Of a DNA stretch of 64,000 nucleotides, positions 15,854-28,399 are shown piece after piece; position 1 is the first letter of the stretch; every line of letters starts with the position of its first letter. The notes beneath the pieces are model-generated. The model saw only the letters and a list, made by a program, of their open reading frames with translations, did not search any database and had not been told where the DNA came from. The stretch comes from the human T2T-CHM13v2.0 reference genome, Homo sapiens: the NCBI RefSeq assembly GCF_009914755.1, contig NC_060928.1; one strand, given 5' to 3'. A program made the position numbers and the translations under genes.

Positions 15854-16368
15854 TCAAAAGGAAAACCCAAGTGCTGTTGGGGAGTTTGGCTGATGATCGC
15901 TGTAAATGCTTCCTGCTGAATTGGGACACAGTAGGGGTCGTGCAGTTAAGACTTCCTCCAGAGGGGTGCCTTCGATGTCATCAACATTGCAGCATGGGCT
16001 AGCAGGCCACTCCAGGGGTTCGCGGTAGATCTTAGTCATGGATTGCATCTGGGGCTCCATTCGAGGAACCATTTGTAGTTTTACACCTTTGATTCTGGAA
16101 GAGACAAACTTAACAAGGAGGTTAAAGATACAGGGATTGAAATGTATGGCCTGAAGTGCAGAGGCATATTGGTGTGGCCGGTGAAAGTGGGGTTTCCTTT
16201 AGAAAAATTCCTATATGATGGGGCATCAATATTTCCGGGAAGCTGCATTCTCCATAGAAGCTCTTCATAAGGGGAGCTACTGGTAGTACAATGGCATGGA
16301 GGGGGTGCAGTGAGTGTGAAAGGGGGTAAGAGAACAGTAAAAAGAAAAATATGACAAGGGAGGGCCAT
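15854..16368 (-). pseudogene. HERV-W env remnant with large internal deletions
   Basis: 95-aa ORF (signal peptide plus SU start) and a separate frame with the cytoplasmic tail MEPQMQSMTKIYREPL...PLLCPNSAGS. Only ~0.5 kb of a ~1.6-kb env remains. Confidence 0.9.
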
Positions 16369-16379
16369 TGGGATCTATG

Positions 16380-18976
16380 ATTCTAGTTACTTTCCTCTTG
16401 TTTGTTGCTTGAAAAGCAGGTGCAGATCCTCTAGAGGTTCACAGGAATAGCTAGCGTTGTCTCCTGGATTTTCGGGTTCCTTTGGCAGTATCCAGGGTTT
16501 GACTCAAGTGTGATGTATCCAAGACTCCACTCCAGCCACTTTAACCATGGTTGGGGTAGATAAAATGACTGGGTAGGATCCTTCTCAGGATGTATCTAGG
16601 GATGGGGACTTAGAAGGAAGGGACTTGACCAATACCTATCACCAGGGTGGAATAATTCCTTTCCCTCCTCTCGGGGACAGGTTCCTTGTAATGTTTTAAG
16701 AACTTGTTGATATTTGGCTAAGGAGGTGACGTCTGCAACTAAGTGGGCTGTCTCTCAGTCAAGCACCAGGTCATTGGTTAGGAAGGGCCATCCATACAGC
16801 ATCTCATATGGGCTAAGTTCCGCTTTTTGGGGAGAGTTTTGGATTCTTAGTAAGGCTATAGGCAACAGAGCAGGCCATACAAGGTGGGTTTCTTGGGTTA
16901 GCTTTTTTAGATGTCATTTGAGTGTTTCATTCATTTTCTCAACTTTTCCTGAGGATTGTGGCCTCCAGGCACAGTGTAAGTGATATTGTATGCCTAACGC
17001 CTGGGATACTCCCTGGGTTACTGCGGCCTTGAAAGCAGGGCCATTGTCACTCTGTAAGCCTTGGGGAAGTCTGACTCTTGGAATTATTTCACAAATTAGT
17101 GCCTTTATTAATTCTTGGGCCTTTTCTGTCTTACAAGGAAAAGTCTCCACCCAACCAGTGAAAGTATCTACCCAGACTAGTAGATATTGAAATCCCTGAG
17201 ATTTGGGCATGTGGGTAAAATCTAGTTGCCACTCTTCTCCTGGGTAATGGCCTGTCCTTTGTTCTCCTGAAGGAGCTTGGTGATAAGGCAGGGGATTATT
17301 TCTTTGGCATACTTCACAGGCCCTGACTATCTGCTTGATAGTTTTGAAAAGGCCTGGTCCAGTAAATAATGATTTGGCCATCTGATGGGTGCTATCAATG
17401 CCTAAGTGAAAGGTCTGGTTAAGGGTTTTAAGTAATTTCCATTGGTTAGCTGCAGGCAACAGTATTTTTCCTTCTTTGGTGGCTAGCCATCCTGAGGGGA
17501 GGAAACTATGTCCTCATGAGGTTCCCCATTCTATTTCTTCTGCTGAGTACTGGGGCTTGGTTTCCTGGAGGGGATTACCCCATACTAGGGGTCCTTCTAT
17601 AAGCATTTCTAATGGAGGTCCCACATTGTGGCTCTTTTGGCTTCAATATCCTTGCAGCTCTTTTGGCTTCAATATCCACTTGGTGGTTCCTTTCTATTTC
17701 CTTTTCCTTTCCTTTCTGATGACCCCAGCAGTGTAAGACTGCCACCTCTTTAGGTTTCTGTACAGCCAATAATGATCTCCTAATGGCTTCCTGATGTTCG
17801 ATAGGTGTTCCCTCAGAAGTTAGGAATTCCCTTTCTCTCCATACTGCTGTGTGGGCATGGAGGACTGGGTAAGCATACTTAAAGTCTGTATATATATTTA
17901 CCCTTTTTCTTTCTCCTAATTCTAGTGCCCGAGTGAGGGCTATTGGTTCTGCTAGCTGAGTGCTAGTTCCTGGAGTGAAGGGATTACTTTCAAGTATTCC
18001 ATTATCACTGACCACTGCATACCCTGCCTTTCGAATTCCTTTTTCTACAAAGGAGCTTCCATCAGTATACAAGTTGAGGTGAGGATCAGTCAAGGGAACC
18101 TCTAGAAGGTCCCCTTGAGTGGCATAGGTTTGAGCAATTACTTGTTGACAGTTATGTTCTATCTTTTCTTCATTGTCTGGAAGAAATGTGGCTGGATTAA
18201 GAGTTGCACAAGTGTGCAGTCGCAGCACTGGGCCTTCAAAGAGCCTGATATTTAAGCAAACAGTTGTCTGACAGCCACAAGTCTCCCTTAGCAGTGAGTA
18301 TGCTGTTCATATCATGAGATGTCCACACAGTAAGATCTCTTCCCTGTATCATTTTAACTCCTTCAGATACTAAGACTGCTACTGCTGCCACTACCCATAA
18401 ACAATGAGGCCAACCCTTTGCCCCTACATCAATTTCCTTACTCAGGTATGCCACGGGTTGCAAGCTGGTCCCTTGGACCTGTGTAAGACTCCTAGAGCTA
18501 TACCTGTTTTTTCTGTCACATATAAAGAAAAGTCTTGCCCCGTTGGCAAGCTTAATACTGGGGCTTGGGTTAGGGCCTTCTTTAGGGCCTGAAAAGCCAC
18601 TTCTGCTTCAGGTGTCCATTCTACTAAATGAGTATTGGCTTTCTGAGTTTCCTAAATTAGTGTACATAATGGCCTGGCTATTTCGCCGTACCTGGGAATC
18701 CATATTTGGCAGAAGCCTGTTATGCCAAGGAAGCCTCTTAATTGCTTCAGGGCTTTGGGATGAGGATAAGCCAGTATAGGCTGAATATGTGCCTCACTGA
18801 GGGCCCTGGTGCCTTTGGATAATTCTAACCCTAAGTATTTAACCTGCTATAAGCAGAGCTGAGCCTTTGGTTTGGAAACCTTGTAGCCACAGGCAGCAAG
18901 GAAGTTTAAGAGCACTTGGGTGGTTCGATGGCACAAAGTTTCTGAACTGGCAGCTAAAAGTAAATTGTCCACATAC
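16380..18976 (-). pseudogene. HERV-W pol remnant (RT C-terminal part, RNase H, integrase)
   Basis: Integrase WQLDFTHMP...QSDNGPAF...QSSGKVEKMN (16914-17459). RNase H LYTDGSSFV (17575-18228). PVAYLSKEID (18236-18463). Truncated at the RT motif, which reads YVDN here. Confidence 0.93.
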
Positions 18977-19527
18977 CTCCAATCCCTGCCTCCTAGGTAC
19001 TAATGCTGCAGACTTTCACTTCCTCTCCCAAGTATTAGAGCAAGTTGTATCTCCAAAGGGATCTTATGAAGCTCTATGCTGCATCCTTGGGCATCTAGGC
19101 TATGAACCCAGGGAGTCTTGCTCCTGGTGTCCCTCCCAATTTAGGTATACAGCTGTCGACATGGGCAGTTATGTGGGACCTGTTCCCCACCACCCTTCCC
19201 AGGGCCTTAGAACTGATGACCCAGTACTTTACCAACTGGAACTGGGTCTACGACAACATAATAGATCAGGATGAAAGTGAATTGAGTAAATTAAAGGGAG
19301 GCGCATATTCCTATAGTATCAAATGGGGGCAATGAGCGAACGTCCTTCCACTGTGTTCCCAAAATCCATATACCAAGAAAGAGAAAGAGAGGCAGAGAGA
19401 GAGAAAAGAGAAAGAAAGAGAGAAAAAAAGAGAAAAAGGAGAGAGAGGAAAGAAAAAGTGGAGAGAGAGAGAGAGTGAAAAGGGAAAAAGAGAGGGCAAG
19501 AGAGAGAGAGACAGAGAGGGAGTCAAA
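18977..19527 (+). mobile_element. HERV-W pre-gag leader fragment with AG-rich tract, inverted relative to pol/env
   Basis: atccctgcctcctaggtacta...gtatctccaaagggatct...ccccaccacccttcccagggcc, then (AG)-rich 19375-19527. Matches the HERV-W leader in sense on + as I recall it. Confidence 0.8.
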
Positions 19528-19579
19528 TAAATATTTTTTATATAGTGCTGCATCACTTGAGGATTCTGACAGTGAATTT

Positions 19580-20150
19580 GAGTCTATTAAGAATGCTTCT
19601 GGTAATAAGCAACAGAATACCTAAGAGTTTCTTCAGAAGTTTGGAGAATTAGTCCAAATATTTGTAACATATCAGTGATCTCAAGGCAGAGGCTCAATGG
19701 TTTTCAAGATATGGTGAAATTACCATCCTCCATTTCAGTTGATTCCAATCTCTTTTCTAAGTCGTTGTCTCCTATGCAGTATTTACTAATACATATTTAG
19801 AATATTACATATACCTCAATATCACCCAGTAAACAAATTATTCGTCTCCCTTACTGTCCATTTCATTTTGGCTTAAAATGGCTAAGGAAACTCCAGAGGT
19901 CAGAATTATGTTCAGGGCAGGAGAAGGGGTACAAATGGCTCAGTTTCGACAGAACAACAAAATTATCAGAAATCTCTCAGCAGACTTCTCCTCATATCTC
20001 ACTGGATAGGACTGTGTCCAATGGCCTTCCCTAACTGCAAGGAAGACTGGAAAATGCTTATGTAATTTTTCTTTTCTTTAGAGTGGAGAAAGTTATGGAA
20101 TAGGGGGTTGAGTATGGATATTAGGTTAGTCAATCAATAATATCTGTCAC
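19580..20150 (-). mobile_element. Old MaLR LTR (MLT1J/K/L-like)
   Basis: cagacttctcctcatatctcactggataggactgtgtc...cctaactgcaaggaagactggaaaatg...tatctgtcaca. Confidence 0.6.
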
Positions 20151-20589
20151 AGAATTAGAGAAAAGCACTTGAAAATATTCAAATGGATTATTAAAGTGAT
20201 AACCTTCAGTTTATTCTCAAGTCCTTAACGTTGGCGGACAGGAGGGTGGGAAGAAAGCAAGAACAGAGATACCCAACTAGAAACCTTGAAGTCTAAAGGC
20301 AGATAACTTTTCTTATAGTTTGATGGAGCCACTTCTGATTCCATCACACAATTTAATTTTGTTTAAATTGTTTTTATTTACTTGTTATTTGAGTTCCATA
20401 ATTATGATTGAGAGTACTTAAGTAATTCTCTCAAAGCATCTTTGTAATTAATTCTCTTCTCTTATGAGGTCTACTGAGAAAATCTAATTTTATTTCATCT
20501 TCATGAGATACATAAATAGCTGTGAGAGTACTCTCATAAGAAAGAAACAAAAAAACTAGAGAAGAGAAAAGAGTATTTTCTAACTGCCT

Positions 20590-20790
20590 AGCACACATCA
20601 GCTCCTGTTACATAAGTTACTTCCGTAAATCTTTATGAAACTCTATTAAGGGGAAGTAATATGTCCCAATATTACAGATGAGAAAACTGAGGCTTAGAAA
20701 CATTAAGTCAGTTACTCAAGATCACACTCACAGTAAATGGTAGAAGAAGAGCTTAATCCTCTTTCTGCTGTTTCAAGACAGAAATCTTCT
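20590..20790 (-). mobile_element. MIR
   Basis: Core ttacagatgagaaaactgaggcttaga...caagatcacac. Confidence 0.7.
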
Positions 20791-20809
20791 TGAATTTATC
20801 TTCACATTC

Positions 20810-21426
20810 TGAGTCAGCATCATTGTCTGGGCTAAATACCTGGGTTTCATCGTCTGGCATCAAGAAGATTAAGGACATGGACACGTGGGTGAGTTAAGAA
20901 GCTGAAAGTTTAATAGGCAGAAGAAAAGAGAGGAGAGCAGCTCTCTCTCTCTTGTGAGAGAGAGGAATTCGAAAGGGAAAGCCAGCTTTCAGCCGACTGC
21001 AGCAGATTTTATAGGCGGGCTTGAGGAGGCTGTGCCTGATTTACCTAGGGCCCACAGATTGGTTCAACCAGGTGTGACACTAAATAGCTTGTGGGAAGCT
21101 GGTTGCACCACCCTAATTTTATTTCCATTGGGCCATCCTGTCTGCTCCTTACTGCACACGTGGCTGGCAAAGAGAAGAGAAGATGGAGCCGCACCATTTT
21201 GATCATGCTTAGTCACAGGTAGCCTTTCCCTATTGGCACAACTGCCGGCATTCACCTGTGCAAGCTTCCAGCTTGCTTGTTTATGTCTGCAGCTAGATTT
21301 TACAAGCTGCTGTCCGTTAGAAAAGAAAATGACTTGGGGGCTGCTTTTCATTAAAAGGAAAACCTTACCGAGGACTCCCATACTGTCACTATCTGCCTAA
21401 GTACTTTCTTCTTAACTAGTATGTTA
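20810..21426 (-). mobile_element. ERV1 MER4-group solo LTR (MER51-like)
   Basis: tgagtcagcatcattgtctgggctaaatacc through cactatctgcctaagtactttcttcttaact. Possible 4-bp TSD attc. Confidence 0.75.
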
Positions 21427-21874
21427 TTCATGCCCAGCAGTGACTGGCTACAAAAGAACACTCAAATGTTTATTCAGTGAATTAGTTTAACTGTCTGACT
21501 CAAAAACCCTTGCTATTTATACTATAATCTTTCATTTCCCAGGAATAGCTTCCATAGTGTTGGCTTCCAATTTAAATGCAGAAATGTCAATGTTTTAGAT
21601 ATTTGAGGTAATTTAGTAAAATCAGAATCAAATGTCCGTCATTTACCATCATTTACTATTCATTGACCCTGAGCAAGTTACTTAAAACTCTCTTGGCTAC
21701 ATATTATTTTTCATTTAAAAATGAAACTAACTAATAATAAAAAATAATAATAACATATATCGTGCTTTCAGGATGCCATTCTTCCAAGCCTTTACATAAC
21801 ACAACCTATTAATCTTTACAATATCACTGTGAGGTATATGTAGTTACCCTTGTTTCATGAATGTGGAAACCACT

Positions 21875-22303
21875 ATTGCCATATAAAATGTTTCGTAAAA
21901 ATCACCCCCAAATTTAGTGGCTTAAATCACCAATCATAAATTTTCTTGATGATGTAAATGAGCCAAGGGGCAGTTCCCTTGGCTGGGTTGGATTGGAAGT
22001 CTTTGCTGTTGGTTCTCTGGAAGTCAGCTGGGATGGGCAACTGGGCTCCACTCCAAAAGTTTTTCTTCCTCTTTTATCTTCCAAGGGCTAGCCTGGGACT
22101 ATTTTCTCATGGAAATGGCAGAGTTGGAAGATAAGAATAATTTACAAGTGCTTTCAAGCCTCTGCTATGCCAAAATCTGCTAACATCTCATTGGCCAATG
22201 CAAGATACAAGGCCAGGTCCAAAGTTAAGTGGTGGTGAAATATACCTCACTCTTTTAATCAGAGGTGGAGAGAAATTAATATTTCTGAACAATAATCTAC
22301 CAT
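21875..22303 (-). mobile_element. MaLR LTR (MLT1H/I/J-like) within MIR fragments spanning ~21620-22530
   Basis: ccccaaatttagtggcttaaa...ctaacatctcattggccaatgcaag...aataatctaccata. Confidence 0.6.
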
Positions 22304-23262
22304 ACTAAAAAGCCTAGCCATAAGCTCAGGTATAAACTCAGGTTGCTGGTATCTTAACCTGTTCTTACCACTATACTATATCTTATTACAACTGGAAATT
22401 TAAAAAATTCCATCTAGGATGGAATAACAGGGTGTTAATGACATTTAATAATGTAAGGTAACATTAAGTGATGTAATGCATACAGAACACTTAGCACAAT
22501 GCCTGGCACATGATAAATGAAAAAGAAAATCGTCTGATATTTAGTTATTTCTCACATAGCCAGATATAACTATTTGAAAATACTCTTATAAATATAAATG
22601 AACTTGACAGAGATTGTCAAAGATTGTCTACATTGTGTTTACATGTATTGTGAGTCATTTCTGAATTTGAGGAAGATAGGTATTGGTGGACTTCAATTTG
22701 TTCATCATTTAGGAGACAATACAATTTACCAGTAGAAAATTTCAGTGTTATGGAAGCCTCAGAAACACTACAGGAGAGTTCAAGATGTTTAAAAATTGTG
22801 ATCCTTTCCTCTCTTTTGTATTCCATTATTATTTATCGTGTATTCATTCTGTTTCAGTCAGTGGGCTTACTTCTGTGCATACAATAATGAACAAGACACA
22901 ATCTTTGCCCTAAAGAGGCTTATGGCTTATGATCTCATTCTCACTAGATCTTTGGATTCTTCACGGCAAAAACCCTGTCATGCTCATTAACGTGTGGATG
23001 ACTGAGATAATCACAGGACCACAGGAGAGCCAGATAACTTGCCCCGGGTATGAAGAAGGGTTTCTGAATGTGTTAATAGCCAAAGACAGCCCTAAAGGAC
23101 AAAATATATTGACCAAGATCAATAGGCATGAGTTTGGGAACAGGAAGAATGAAAGAAGGATATTCCAATCCAGAAACATTCTCATAAGAAGTGAAGTTAG
23201 AGAAACCTGAAAACACTGGGGAAGAGGAACTGGTTTAATATGGCTAGAGAATGGAGCTACAT

Positions 23263-23557
23263 AGTCCCAAATTGTAGCTCTTGGCCACAGGTGGGTATGC
23301 AGCACTTATAATATGGCTGTATATTGGATTTCAAAGACCAAGTACCACACAAAGGAAGTGAAATATCTCCTAAATAATGTTTTAAAAGTGATTACATGTT
23401 CAAGTGATAATCCTTTGAATATATTGAGGTAAATAAAGTCTGTTATTAAAATTAATTTTTTCTCTTGTTACTATTTACAATGTGACTACTACAACATTTT
23501 AAACAGTGTATGTGGCTTGCATTTGTGCTTATATTGTATTTCTACTGGATAGCCCTG
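23263..23557. mobile_element. MER33 hAT-Charlie non-autonomous element
   Basis: ggatttcaaagac...tgattacatgtt.aa.tgataat...ttattaaaattaattt...tatttctactggatagccctg. Confidence 0.75.
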
Positions 23558-23959
23558 AAAAGCAACATCAGGTAGGAAATGACAAGAGATGTTGGGAGAT
23601 AAAGGAGGGTAGAATAAAACATTTTTAGATATTTTTCTATAAAGCCTCAGCCTGTGAAGACAAACTCTCTCTGGAGGACTTAAACATCTCACCACAAAGT
23701 ATCCACCTCCTCAGACACTAAAAATATTTCCTCCTTGCTTCTGAGAGTTCACAAAGGGTGTCTTTAGTGTGCCATATACCAGTCGATAGACTAGAGTCAT
23801 CATGAAAGGGTAGTAGAATGTCCTCTCTCCCTTTCCAGCCTCCGGATTTTCACATGCATTTCTGCAAACCTGCTGGCTAAAACAGCCCCGCAGGACACCA
23901 TTGCCTACATAAAAGTGGCTAAACTGGGAGCTTTTAGGTCTTGTCATCGCGTTTGTTCT

Positions 23960-24470
23960 CCCATCCTTCATATATCCTATCCTAACTTCATTTCATAACA
24001 CTCTTGCTTCCTTCTCAGTCAGGAGCTTTTAGGAGAGATTCATTCTTTCTCCCTAAGCTTCAGGTATGGACCCCTCTTGACTCCTTGTGAAGAGCTTTTC
24101 TGTGTATCCTGTATCTTGGCTCGCAAGGATATGTTCTGAGATGGATGTGTAACCCAATCAGAACCAGTGAGATACCAGGTTATGTTTGCTGAGGCTTCTG
24201 GGGAAAAATAAAACAGAACTTATTTCTCCTTCTGTGGAAAGCGTTGAAAGAGATCCTTGGTGCTCCTGGTTGTGCAACAAGAACTTTTCTTCAGCTGCCA
24301 GCCATCTTGCAGTGATGAGGAAAGAGTCTGATAAAATGTGACCAATACTGAAGAAACAGGACTAAGAAAGGCAGAGTGAAGCCAGCTCTGTCCACCCTGA
24401 CTTGGGCAGTTGCACAAACCAATCAATGTTCTATGTTATTTTAGCCACGTTGAGATGAATAGTTTGCCTT
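23960..24470 (+). mobile_element. LTR16/LTR33-like ERVL solo LTR
   Basis: gatggatgtgtaacccaatcagaaccagtgaga...gccagccatcttg...ttattttagccacgttgag. Confidence 0.5.
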
Positions 24471-24497
24471 AGGTATTACAGGATATTCCCACAGCAA

Positions 24498-24529
<32 letters not shown>

Positions 24530-24847
24530 ACGTTGTGTGCTGGAATAGTGGTAGGTGTGAGCAGAGGAGAGGAGAAAGTTTCCTTTTCTCTGTGCCACAC
24601 TTTGTCACTATGTTCTCCGAAGGAGTTGGGTTTGAGCTCAGTCTCACGCAATCATTAAAAATTAGGTCTGAGGGAACAGACAGAATTTTGGCTCCCTTCT
24701 TCATTTCTGCTTCGTCATCTTTGTTCCATCTTTTCTAAAACTGCTTCCCCTTTCTCAGTTATGCAGTAAACACATCCATGCACATAACAGAGGTGTGAGA
24801 GTAAAGTGTTTTCTACCTGGGTGACAGCCAGACAAAAAAAGTCCTGA

Positions 24848-25143
24848 TCGAGAGAAAGTAGTCAGTCACAAAAGGTCAAATCTGCATAATTCCACTCATA
24901 GGAGGTATCGAAATGGTCAAAAGCATAGGAGCAAAGAATAGAGTAGTGGTTGGCAGGGGCCACTGGAAGAGGGGAAGGGTAAATTGCTAATCAACACGTA
25001 TAACATTTGAGTTATGCAAATGAAGTTCCAGAGATCTGCTGTACAGCATTTTGCCTGTAGATAACAATACTGTACTATGCACTTAAAAACACATGAAAGG
25101 AGTAGATCTCATGTTGCATTCTTACCACAAGATAAAATAAAAA
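24848..25143 (+). mobile_element. L1MA/L1MB 3' end
   Basis: agtcacaaaagg.caaat...agagatctgctgtacagcat...gtagatctcatgtt...ttaccacaa, then an A-rich tail. Confidence 0.75.
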
Positions 25144-25217
25144 TCTGTTTATGTGATCAAATGACTGTGGACATGTTTGTGTATCTTTTAGTTTAATACG
25201 GCTTGAAAAAAGTTTCT

Positions 25218-25534
<317 letters not shown>

Positions 25535-27090
25535 TCAACTATGATTTCACAGTTTTACAGATGGAAAATCAAGTATCAAAAAAGTTAAGTGAGTTTTCCA
25601 TGGAAGTAGTTATTTAATAGCTGATTGTATACTCCAATCCAGGCCTTCTAACTGAAGAGTATGTAAGACATCTTACGTTAGATGCATTCAAAACCAGTAA
25701 ATCTGTCTGCACAGCATGCAAAAATAGATATTTTATGTTAGAATTGTGCCCTTGTATCACTTGGAATTCTATGCTTTGTCCAATATTAGAAAGGTATTAT
25801 AACTTGTATACATTTCTGTCATTCCTTAATTGGTCTTTTCTGAAACTGGTCTTGAAATTAAAATCATACTTTGCATACTGTGCCTTTCCAGAAAAGTGGC
25901 CTTATATGATTATTTCATATTGTTTGATTTTTAAAGTTAGACATGCAAAATAATTTAAAAACATACCACTGATCACTTTTTAACTCCTAAAATTGTGGGT
26001 TTTTTTAGGTTTTAATCACAGAATAATACTTACATTATTTTAAAATTAGCAATGAAAATGAGTAAATTTTCAAAGATCTAAGTAGACTATTTTAAGCAAA
26101 TAACTAATAAAAGACCATATTAAAAATAATCAGGATAAACATAATAGAAATTGATTGCATTAGTGCTATATTTATTGTCTTTGTTGAGTGCTTTAGGTTA
26201 ACAAATATAGATTTCATTTGGTTCTTACTATAACCTTGAAGGACAAACATTATTATCTTCAGTTTATGGATAACAAAAGAAAGGTAATGAAATTAATCTA
26301 TTTTCCCAAGATCATCTGTTAGGTTGCCAAGTTATGACCTCAACTTGTATTTCATAGCTCTAAATCCACTACATAGACTCTAATATCAAGGACTAGAATA
26401 ATCACTCTTAAACTGGGTTGTCAGACATATCAAAAGCAAAACAAAGACATGATTGTCAAGATGAAGATAAATATACTTAGTTGAAAAAAAGGATATATTA
26501 AAGGATTTTATACTACTTATAAAGTCTTACTTTCTTGTATTCCAAACAGGGAGCTTCATATAGTTATAAAGAATTGCTGCGACAGCATGGATTTGATCTT
26601 TGATTTAGTTTTTCCAAGATTTTGGGATGCCAAGCAGTGATTGCGAACTCTTATGAAAATCTCGTTCTTTTTTCTTCCAAGGCATTATGACGCCAGAAAA
26701 AAAAAGGTCCTCTGATTTGTACACTCCAGAAGTCTTTCACTCTTTTGTCAATCTGGTTTTGTCCCTCTCTCTTGAGTCTTTCTATTCATTTGTCCTCTTC
26801 ATGCAGGCAGCATTAACTAGGGTGACCTCAGCACCATAGTAAATTACATTCTATTGTAGCACCTCTACCAATACCGCAAGGACATAGCCTCCACCTCCAT
26901 CCAGCCTCTCAGGGAGCCGAAAGTACTTTTTATGTGCTAACCTGCCAGTTCACAAAGTATTATTTTTAAGACCTTTTCGGAGTATCACTGATATGAAAGT
27001 TATTTTCAAAATACTTCTAAGAAACTATGTGAGAGGTGACTTTTTCACTTTCATTCTTTCTCTCATTTCTAAAAAGGATTTACTAAAATT

Positions 27091-27705
27091 CTGCTAGTGG
27101 GAATGTAAATTAGTACAACCTCTATGGAAAACAGTACAAAGGTTTCCCAAAGAACTGAAAGTAGATCTACAATTCAATCCAGCAATTCTACTACTGGGTA
27201 TTTACCCAAAGGAACATAAGTCATTATATTAAAAAATAAAAACCCCGCACATGTATGTTCATCAAAGCACTATTCACAATTGCAAAGATATGGAACCAAC
27301 CTAAGTGCCCATCAATTGATGAGTGAATAAAGAAAATATGGTGTGTGTATATACATACATACACTCACACCATGGAATATTATTCAGCCATAAAAACAAA
27401 TGAAATAATGTATTTTGCAACAATTTGGATTGGAACTTTAGGCAATTATCCTAAGTGAAGTAACTCAAGAGTGGAAAACCAAATATTGCATGTTCACTTA
27501 TAAGTAGGAGCTAAGCTATGGCTAAGCAAAGGCATATAGAGTGGTATATGGACATTGGAAATTCAGAAAAAGGGAGAGTTGGAAGGGAAGATGAAAAACT
27601 ACCTATTGGGTACAATGTACACTATTTAGGGTGATGGGTACATTAAAATACCAGACTTCACCACTATATAATTTATCCATGTAACCCAAAACTCTTGCAA
27701 TAAAA
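27091..27705 (+). mobile_element. L1PB-type 3' end
   Basis: gggaatgtaaattagtacaacctctatggaaaacagt...aaagtagatctac...gacttcaccactatataatttatccatgtaacc. Confidence 0.8.
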
Positions 27706-27724
27706 TTTTTTTAAAGTTTTGATA

Positions 27725-28046
27725 AAATGTATATAACTATTATATTCTATTTGCTATGCTTTCTTGTTTTGAAATATATTTTTCATAAAATATGTTAATC
27801 ATATATCATGCAATAGTTTATTGTCATTTAAAATGAACTAATAAATATTGATTTAAATTATTAATTTAATTCCAAATATGGTAAATATTTATAGATATAA
27901 TTAATATTTATAAAAGCTCAATTGGAATCCCCAATATTTTTTTTCTTTTTCTTTGTTTTTTTTTCTACACAAACCTCGAATGCAGACCTCAATAATTTTT
28001 GAGAGTGTAAAGAGGGGCCTGAGACGAAAATGTTTGCAAATCACAG
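27725..28046. mobile_element. Charlie1-type hAT transposon end
   Basis: cctcaataatttttgagagtgtaaagaggggcctgagacgaaaatgtttgcaaatcacag. Confidence 0.6.
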
Positions 28047-28399
28047 ATCTAAATATTTTAAAAATGAGACTCTTCTTACTTAAGTGGATTTTTTTTTCTC
28101 TCCTCAGAGAATGGATATCCAAGACAAGTGGACCAAGACAAAAAGAAATCTGTGGAGATCCACAATACAAGCCCATAAATGGAACACACACAAATACAGT
28201 GTGTGACTATCAAAGGTGTAGTTTTAAAAGGCATTCCAAAACAGAACTGAATTGTGAGTGTTAAAAACTGCTGTTAAGTTATGCTTCACTTCAATTACTT
28301 TTTTCAATAATTCAAGAATAATTACTGTGGCACTGAGATCTGCTGAGGCAGACTCTCTCCATGAAGTCTGTTTTACAGAGCTTAGTGCTATTCCATTTC

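Larger units (their letters stand above)
15500..19527 (-). mobile_element. HERV-W (HERV17) processed pseudogene: poly(A), U3-R of LTR17, deleted env, partial pol, inverted pre-gag fragment
   Basis: The LTR stops at the end of R (ATTAAA...CAACTGCA) and runs into an A tract, with no U5 and no 5' LTR. The env N-terminus MALPCHIFLFTVLL is syncytin-1/MSRV-like. Confidence 0.93.

Noticed and set aside
15854-16368. Syncytin-1 (ERVW-1) gene
   Set aside because: About two thirds of env is deleted, the LQMV segment is retained, and the element has retrocopy rather than proviral structure.
15490-19545. TSD for the HERV-W retrocopy (gttaatttttt vs taaatatttttt)
   Set aside because: Too short and low-complexity to call.
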